Below, piece after piece: positions 57,905 through 64,000 of a stretch of DNA of 64,000 nucleotides. Source of the DNA: an uncultured Chloroflexia bacterium (GTDB taxonomy: Bacteria > Chloroflexota > UBA6077 > JACCZL01); NCBI GenBank assembly GCA_963765765.1, contig CAVXYC010000023.1, positions 128,001 through 192,000 on the forward strand, in the 5' to 3' direction. How positions within the stretch are numbered: the stretch's first letter is position 1; each line of letters begins with the position of its first letter. A model generated the notes under the pieces. It had not been told where the DNA came from. It made no database searches and worked only from the letters and a program-made list of their open reading frames with translations. The translations under genes and the position numbers were made by a program.

Positions 57905-60225
57905 GCTTCGTCGAGCCCTGCGAACACACGTTCCGCTGTAACGGGTAGCGTCATGAGTCGCACGCCGGTCGCCGCGTAAACGGCATTGGCAATGGCTGGT
58001 GCTACTCCACTGTTCACCGTTTCGCCCACTGACTTCGCGCCAAAGGGCCCCGGCCCGATATCCGTTGGGACGTAGACCACCCGCAGCGGTGGAAGGTCCA
58101 TCTGAGTGGGCATCTTGTATTCGCCGAGGTTGACATTAGTAATGCGGCCGTCTTCGACGACCATCTCCTCCATCGTGGCGTGTCCAATGCCGTAGATGTA
58201 GCTGCCCTCGAGCTGCCCTGAGTGCGCCACGGGGTTGATGATCGTGCCCACGTCCGCGGCCATCACGGCGTCTTCCACGGTAACCTGGCCCGTATCAGGG
58301 TCAACTTGCACTTCGATCATGTAGGCGTAGAAGTTGTAGTCGTCCTCGCCATGGCCCGCATCGGGAACGGTATGGCCGCTGTCGTATTCGCCCTTCACTT
58401 CGATCGAACCCGAGGCCACGATCCGAGCGGCGATCTCCTCAAAGCTGGCGCGCTCTGATGAGCCGTCGCCAACTACGAACTCGTCGTCCCGTAGATGCAC
58501 ATCCTCGGCCGGCCAGCCCTGTAGCTCAGCGGCCAGCTCCTCAAGTTTGGCTTTCAATGTGGTGGCGCCGGCGATCGACGCGCGTCCCATGATGTGTGTA
58601 ACTCGGCTGGCGCCCGCACCCGGATCCAGTGGCGCCTCCGACGTCGTGCCATAGCGCGGCATGATGCGCTCGGGCTTCACGCTCAGCACACTGGACGCGA
58701 CCCGGCGCACCACGGTTTGCGATCCGCTTCCCTGGTCGGGCGTTCCATAGAGCGCGTCGATCTTTCCATCCTCGCGCAGTCGGAAGATAATGCCCGTCTT
58801 GCCCTGGCCCACTTCGCGATGAAGCAGCGCCACGCCGCGTCCGCGATTCGGCTTGAGTGGCTGACCCCAGCTCGTCTCATTCTTGATCGTCTCGAGCACG
58901 GCAATTGCGCGAGGGTTGCGGTAGCCTTCGCCGGCGTTTCCGCGATCACCTTCTCGTAGGGCATTCTTGAATCGCATCTCCAGCGGATCGATGCCAAGCT
59001 CACGAGCGATACGATCGATGTGCCCTTCGCCGGCGGAGCCCATCTGGATGGCGCCCGGCGCGCGCACGTGTCCGGCGGGAGTCGTGTTCGTGTAGGCCAC
59101 GAACTGCTCCAGCCGCGTGTTGGGAACGTTGTAGGCCTGTAGACAGACCCAGGTCGGCATAGGCCACATCATTGGCTTTGGCGCGGCATAGGCCCCGCCA
59201 TTGAAGTAGCCAATGTACTCGTGCGCCACAATGCGCCCATCGTTCATCACGCCCGTGCGTAGCGTGATAGTCGTGTTGTGACGCGGATTGCAGGCGCCGA
59301 GCTCCTCGGCATACGTCATCACGGACTTGACCGGACGCCCGGTCATCTTGGACAGGTAGTACAGCGAGAACTCGTCCATCGTGAAGCCTTTGCCGCCGAA
59401 GTCGGCGCCAATGAACATGCAGTCCACGACGATGTTCTCCAGCGGCTCGCCGGTGACCACCGAAAGCTGGCGGCGCAGACCGAAGGGCGATTTGTTCACA
59501 GACCATACCCGCGCCATTCCATCGTCCTGCACCCAGACGACGCTAGCGTGCGGCTCGATGTAGCCCTGGTGCTGGCGCGGCGCCGTATACGTGTCTTCGA
59601 AGACGCGGTCCGCCTGAGCGAAGGCCTTCTCGATGTCCGGCTCGCCCTTGGTCTGTAAGGTGTAGCCCTGGAGATTGGCATGCTCCTTGGGAGGCCACGG
59701 ACGGTTGCTTCCGCCGATCAGACTCTCCACGTGATAGCTCTCTGCATTGGGATGAAGAATCGGAGCATCCGAGCGAAGGGCTTGCTCGCAATCAAGCACG
59801 GGCTCGAGGTCCTCGTACTCCACCTGGATGAGGTTGATCGCGTTCTCGGCGATCTCACGCGAATCGGCGGCCACAACTGCCACGCGCTCGCCCGCGAACA
59901 GCACCTTGCCGTCGGCGAGTACCGGCCAGTCGAAAATATTGCGGCCGAACCGTTTGCCGGCCACGTCAGCGCCAGTTAACACAGCGTGCACGCCCGGCAG
60001 AGCTCTGGCAGCGCTCGTATCAATGGAGACGATCCGCGCATGGGCATACGGGCTGAGCAGGTACTTTGCCTCCAGCATGCCAGGCAGTTTGAGATCGGCC
60101 GTATAGCGTGCATTGCCGGTGACCTTGAGCCGGCCCTCCACGCGTAGCTCGGGCTGCTCAAAGACCTTCGCGGCTTCGGGCGTGAGCGTCGTTGGCAGGT
60201 CCGGAGCGTCGGGAAGATGAGTCAT
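57898..60225 (-). CDS. Xanthine dehydrogenase-family molybdopterin-binding (large) subunit
   Basis: 'KVTGNARYTAD', 'IGADFGGK', 'VRAPG', 'DQGSG', 'GPFGAKSVGE'. Confidence 0.92.
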   Translation of the reverse strand: MTHLPDAPDLPTTLTPEAAKVFEQPELRVEGRLKVTGNARYTADLKLPGMLEAKYLLSPYAHARIVSIDTSAARALPGVHAVLTGADVAGKRFGRNIFDWPVLADGKVLFAGERVAVVAADSREIAENAINLIQVEYEDLEPVLDCEQALRSDAPILHPNAESYHVESLIGGSNRPWPPKEHANLQGYTLQTKGEPDIEKAFAQADRVFEDTYTAPRQHQGYIEPHASVVWVQDDGMARVWSVNKSPFGLRRQLSVVTGEPLENIVVDCMFIGADFGGKGFTMDEFSLYYLSKMTGRPVKSVMTYAEELGACNPRHNTTITLRTGVMNDGRIVAHEYIGYFNGGAYAAPKPMMWPMPTWVCLQAYNVPNTRLEQFVAYTNTTPAGHVRAPGAIQMGSAGEGHIDRIARELGIDPLEMRFKNALREGDRGNAGEGYRNPRAIAVLETIKNETSWGQPLKPNRGRGVALLHREVGQGKTGIIFRLREDGKIDALYGTPDQGSGSQTVVRRVASSVLSVKPERIMPRYGTTSEAPLDPGAGASRVTHIMGRASIAGATTLKAKLEELAAELQGWPAEDVHLRDDEFVVGDGSSERASFEEIAARIVASGSIEVKGEYDSGHTVPDAGHGEDDYNFYAYMIEVQVDPDTGQVTVEDAVMAADVGTIINPVAHSGQLEGSYIYGIGHATMEEMVVEDGRITNVNLGEYKMPTQMDLPPLRVVYVPTDIGPGPFGAKSVGETVNSGVAPAIANAVYAATGVRLMTLPVTAERVFAGLDEAE

Positions 60226-60495
60226 GTTCGGATTCCTCGTGTGGCTCGAGTCTTCATTGAAGCGATTCACCGTGAATCCGTCGTCAAGCCGAATGGGGAG
60301 GCCCAATCCGAGGCTGACCGACGGCCGATTGGCAGATCGTACCACGGACGCACTTACGGCATTGACACCGTCCACCGTGCCAATACGAAGGCCACTTTCC
60401 TGCCCGATCGCTGATCTGGCTTGTTAATGAGGTTCGGAGAATCCTCGATCTGCGGACCGAATTCCATCTTCTCGAGCAACCCGCGATAGCAAAGC

Positions 60496-60525
60496 GAAGG
60501 GGCACGCCTTAGGACGTGCCCCTTA
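60496..60525. terminator. Hairpin between coxG-like and large-subunit genes
   Basis: 'aaggggcacg ccttagga cgtgcccctt'. Confidence 0.45.
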
Positions 60526-60560
60526 CGCGTGGGTGAGGCAATGAGAGCGGAGGCGCTTGA

Positions 60561-61010
60561 CTAGGCGCTGACTTCGTTGCTCAAGTTCTTGGCAAACTCT
60601 TGCATGATCTGGTCGGCCTTTTTGCGGATGATTGGCTGACCGAATTCGCCGATGCGGCCCATGACCTGGGCATCCGTAACTATGGTGAGGTTGGATGTAT
60701 CCGCGGAGGCTTCGTCGACTTGCATATCCATCGTGGCTTTTACCGCACCGCCCACGCGCTTGTCGGCAGCGTCGGCGCGCATGGCAGCTTTGCCGGCGCC
60801 CTCATCAGATTCCGTTATGGCAATGTCGCCCTCAAGCGCCAGCTTGATTGGACCGACCGAAACTTTGAGCGTCCCACGATATTTGTCGTCGCCGAGTGCT
60901 TCAACGCCCTCGACGCCTGGAACGCACTTCGCGACCCGTGGCACATCCATGAGTAGCTCGAACAGCTTTGTCTTGGATGCTTGGACCGATACGCTGTGCT
61001 CGAACTTCAC
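60561..61010 (-). CDS. CoxG/SRPBCC-family protein
   Basis: 'VAKCVPG', 'VSVGPIK', 'GRIGEFG'. Confidence 0.88.
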   Translation of the reverse strand: MKFEHSVSVQASKTKLFELLMDVPRVAKCVPGVEGVEALGDDKYRGTLKVSVGPIKLALEGDIAITESDEGAGKAAMRADAADKRVGGAVKATMDMQVDEASADTSNLTIVTDAQVMGRIGEFGQPIIRKKADQIMQEFAKNLSNEVSA

Positions 61011-61012
61011 GA

Positions 61013-61924
61013 TTAGCCCCTGGCTCGCGCGGGGATGAGCGTGCCGTGCTTGCCACCCAGAGGCGTGCTGTTGAGCAGCGATTTCAGCGCACGCGATGTC
61101 CACACGCGCGCCATGGCACGCTTGTATTCAGCCGAGCCACGGATGTCGGCGATGGGATCGACTTCTTCCGTCACCAGCTCGGCGGCGTCGTCGATGATCG
61201 CCTCCGTCAGGGTTTGCCCGCGAATGGCGTCCTCAACGCGCTTCGCTCGGAGCGGGACTGGCGCCGCGGCGCCAAGCGCTACGCGGACATCTTCGACGCG
61301 GTTGCTGGCGTCGAGCTGCAAACGTGCCGCGACGGCCACGGTGGCGTAGTCGTCTTCGGTGCGCGGTAGAAACTTGACGTAGCAGGTTCGTGCATTTGCA
61401 GGGAGAGGAGGGAGCTTCACCGAGGTGAGCATCTCACCTTCCTGGACAACCGTCTCGAAGTAATCGACGAAGAATTCATCCAGGGGCACTGTGCGCTCGC
61501 CGGAAGTCGAGCGGATCACCGCCTGCGCATCCAGCACCATCAGCATGGACGGCGGGTCCTGGGCCGGATCGGCGTGGACGAGGTTACCGCCCACGGTTCC
61601 CTGATTGCGGATACGGATCGTCGCGACGCGCGCGAAATTCTCCGGCAGCGTCGGGCAGTAGGCGTATGCGTCATCAGACAGCTCAACCTGGCGGTGCGAC
61701 GTGGTGGCGCCAATCTCGAGTCCACCATCTGCAGTCTTGTTAATGCCGCGTAGGCCCTGCACACCGCGCAAGCCAACCACGTGGCCGGGCTGCACGAGTC
61801 CCTGCTGCATGAGCAGCATCATGGATGTTCCGCCGGCCATAAAGTGTGCGTCATCGCCGTGCTGCGCCAGGATGGACAGCGCCTCGTCCACAGTCGTCGG
61901 CGTGTAGTATTCAAAGGTTTTCAT
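61013..61924 (-). CDS. FAD-binding subunit (CoxM/XdhB-like)
   Basis: 'AGGTS', 'IRNQGTVGGNLVHADP', 'DIRGSAEYK'. Confidence 0.93.
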   Translation of the reverse strand: MKTFEYYTPTTVDEALSILAQHGDDAHFMAGGTSMMLLMQQGLVQPGHVVGLRGVQGLRGINKTADGGLEIGATTSHRQVELSDDAYAYCPTLPENFARVATIRIRNQGTVGGNLVHADPAQDPPSMLMVLDAQAVIRSTSGERTVPLDEFFVDYFETVVQEGEMLTSVKLPPLPANARTCYVKFLPRTEDDYATVAVAARLQLDASNRVEDVRVALGAAAPVPLRAKRVEDAIRGQTLTEAIIDDAAELVTEEVDPIADIRGSAEYKRAMARVWTSRALKSLLNSTPLGGKHGTLIPARARG

Positions 61925-61927
61925 CGT

Positions 61928-62425
61928 TTAGCGTCCCATCACGGGCTCGCCCTTGGCAATAGCGTCAGCGGCCACTTGAATGGATTCGATGATCTTGTAG
62001 TAACCGGTGCAACGGCACAGGTTGCCCATCATGAACTCTTTGATCTGTTGCTCGCTCGGAAGAGGGATTTCTTCCAGCAACGCGGTGGCGGACATGATCT
62101 GTCCGGGCGTGCAGATGCCGCACTGGAAGCCACCGCACTTGATGAACGCTTCCTGAAGAGGCGTCAAGTGCTCATCGTCCGGAGCCAGCCCCTCGATCGT
62201 GGTGACCTTTGTGCCGTCGATGAATACGGCCGGCATGATGCAGGCCGACATGGTTTCGCCATCGACATTGACGGTGCATGCGCCGCACACGCCCACGCTG
62301 CACCCTTCCTTCGTCCCGGTCAGACCGATCTCATCTCGAATGAGATCGATAAGACGGCGGTGCGCTGGCACGGTGGCCTCGCGCTGCTCGCCATTGAGCT
62401 CAAAGCGAATGGTGTGAGTACTCAC
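61928..62425 (-). CDS. [2Fe-2S] subunit (CoxS/XdhC-like)
   Basis: '[12 protein letters not shown]', 'QCGICTPG', 'NLCRCTGY'. Confidence 0.95.
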   Translation of the reverse strand: MSTHTIRFELNGEQREATVPAHRRLIDLIRDEIGLTGTKEGCSVGVCGACTVNVDGETMSACIMPAVFIDGTKVTTIEGLAPDDEHLTPLQEAFIKCGGFQCGICTPGQIMSATALLEEIPLPSEQQIKEFMMGNLCRCTGYYKIIESIQVAADAIAKGEPVMGR

Positions 62426-62673
62426 TGCTCCCCCTCAGAAGGTGTCCTACTATCAAGTGCGCAACGAGGCTCAGTGTAGAACGCCCGGCGCCTGGGCGCA
62501 ACCGGGAGCGCTTGGGCGCGCATTTCCGGATCGTGGCTGTTGTCAACTATCACGCTCCGAAGAATCCCCCGCGTGAGAGGTTCTGCGCTCAGAGTCGTCG
62601 GTAAGTGCTCTATGTCTTCCACTTCAGCTGTGCTTCGTGACGTGCTCCGAACATCGAAGCTTTGGTTTGTCAT
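62422..62673 (-). CDS. Small hypothetical protein leading the molybdoenzyme operon
   Basis: RBS-like 'aaagggg' before ATG; stop overlaps the coxS-like start (GTGA). Confidence 0.4.
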   Translation of the reverse strand: MTNQSFDVRSTSRSTAEVEDIEHLPTTLSAEPLTRGILRSVIVDNSHDPEMRAQALPVAPRRRAFYTEPRCALDSRTPSEGEQ

Positions 62674-62834
62674 GTGGATGACCCCTTTGAAGAAATCACG
62701 CGCTGGTCCAGGACGCGTCCGCGGACGATACTTGACCGTCAGAGTTTGACACCCTTCTGGCACGCCAGTAAGGTTCACGCTCTAGGGACGCCTTGGCGCG
62801 TCCTTGTATATAGGTCAGACAGGAGCGAGTTAAC

Positions 62835-63695
62835 TTGGACCGAAGGCCTTTACTCTCTCGCGAAAAGCATGGCGTGTTGATTCGTGAGATCAACGCGCTA
62901 AGTCTTTTGCGACCAAAAAGTAAGGGCGTGGACGGAGCTGAATCACTTCTGCGTGCAATAGCGGAGCGGGTAACACCGCTCCTACCTGACGGTTCAGATG
63001 CCCTGGCTGATGGACATCTTATTTATACGCGCGTCTACGCAGAGTTTCTCGAACACGGTGGGAAGGATCCGGCGGCGGCTAAGAACTCTGCTGACCAGAG
63101 CTGGCGGTCAGCTTCAGGGAACTTTTATCAGCGTTACGTGCAGAATCGGATCAATGAAGAAGCCTCGCCGCACGGACTATTGGCGCTGACCGAGACCGAG
63201 CTACACGCAGCCCTTCCCAATCTCATTGAGTTCCTCAAGCTGCCAGCAAAACGCCGCTGCATCCAGAGCTCAATTAATGTCTGGCCGCACAATGACATCG
63301 TGCTGGTCACTAAGACGACTAATCACGAGTGGCGTGCCGTTGGAATCATTTCTTCCAAGACAAGCCTGCGTGAACGCGTCTTCGAGTCGGCGTTTTGGAG
63401 TTTGGCCACGCGTGACACAGGACTGCGCTCAGGCTTTGTGACAGCCGACCTGGATGACGAGTTAGCTGAGTGCGGCGGCAATGGTAAGAATCGACAAATT
63501 ATCGAGACCTACTTCGACCGTGCCTACTCCACCAACCCTGCGACCCGCTTCTGTCCTCAGGTGAGACCTTTTAGTGAGGCACCTGAGGACCTACTGCGCT
63601 GGCAAAAGGACGTAGTCGCGCAGCCTTTGACCGAACCATTGGACTATAAGAGCGGTAGTTGGGCTCCAGCGTTAGTCTGGGCCAATTCACAGTAA
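62835..63695 (+). CDS. Type II restriction endonuclease, BsaWI/Cfr10I-like
   Basis: 'QSWRSASG', 'IISSKTSLRERVFESAFW', 'FVTADLDDEL'; adjacent to a DNA methyltransferase. Confidence 0.7.
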   Translation: MDRRPLLSREKHGVLIREINALSLLRPKSKGVDGAESLLRAIAERVTPLLPDGSDALADGHLIYTRVYAEFLEHGGKDPAAAKNSADQSWRSASGNFYQRYVQNRINEEASPHGLLALTETELHAALPNLIEFLKLPAKRRCIQSSINVWPHNDIVLVTKTTNHEWRAVGIISSKTSLRERVFESAFWSLATRDTGLRSGFVTADLDDELAECGGNGKNRQIIETYFDRAYSTNPATRFCPQVRPFSEAPEDLLRWQKDVVAQPLTEPLDYKSGSWAPALVWANSQ

Positions 63696-64000
63696 CCGGG
63701 GTCAATCTCGACCCCAATAGAGCGACGGCCCAGGTTTTTGGCTGCCACACAGGTTGTGCCCGAGCCCAAAAATGGATCCAGAATGATGTCCTCTTTGTAG
63801 GAGTACAGGAGGATCAGGCGCTTGGCAAGCTCTTCTGGATACGGTGCGGGGTGCCCGACTCGCACCGGATTCGCTCCCGAGAACGTCCAGGTTCCGAGGC
63901 TCCACTCCATGAAGTCCTTGGCCTCAATTTCCCAGGTCTTTCCTTGGTCAGGCCGTTTCCAGGTCTCCTTGAAGAAGACCGGAATCATCTCAACCGGAGC
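63644..64000 (-). CDS. Site-specific DNA methyltransferase (N4-C/N6-A, beta class), 3' part
   Basis: 'HPAPYPEEL', 'ILDPFLGSGTT', 'GVEID'. Confidence 0.9.
   Translation of the reverse strand, partial: APVEMIPVFFKETWKRPDQGKTWEIEAKDFMEWSLGTWTFSGANPVRVGHPAPYPEELAKRLILLYSYKEDIILDPFLGSGTTCVAAKNLGRRSIGVEIDPGYCELAQTNAGAQLPLL

Noticed and set aside
57898-62425. Aerobic CO dehydrogenase
   Set aside because: The active-site motif lacks AYxCSFR and the gene order is not coxMSL

Overview
This 64 kb GC-rich bacterial window is probably from a Chloroflexota-like organism (inference from the T-box-controlled ilv-leu operon and gene repertoire). About 15 single-base frameshifts in otherwise intact genes look like long-read indel errors. 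The main finding is at 0.8-9.6 kb, where the ORF track splits five genes at in-frame TGA codons. Each TGA falls exactly on a catalytic Cys position of a thiol-redox motif and is followed by a SECIS-like hairpin: two DsbA-like proteins (UPGC, UTGC), two AhpD/CMD-like proteins (CEYU, CKYU) and one AhpC/TSA-like protein (UIPC). These probable selenoproteins surround a Tes/GDGT-MAS (MJ0619)-family radical SAM gene coupled to an ArsM-like methyltransferase, a flavin disulfide reductase and CcdA. A two-component system and a cytochrome P460/c'-beta-cupredoxin fusion lie upstream. The rest of the window holds multi-domain RidA catabolic genes, the ilvBNC-leuA-(DUF559)-leuCDB operon, a TPP-riboswitch-controlled ThiXYZ-like ABC transporter, GT-C/O-antigen-ligase-like glycosylation genes, a VapBC module with an apparent ATA start, an iron-type ABC transporter, a xanthine-dehydrogenase-family molybdoenzyme cluster, a BsaWI-like R-M system and several families of REP-like palindromes. 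No selA/selB/selC/selD, rRNA, tRNA or CRISPR array was seen.
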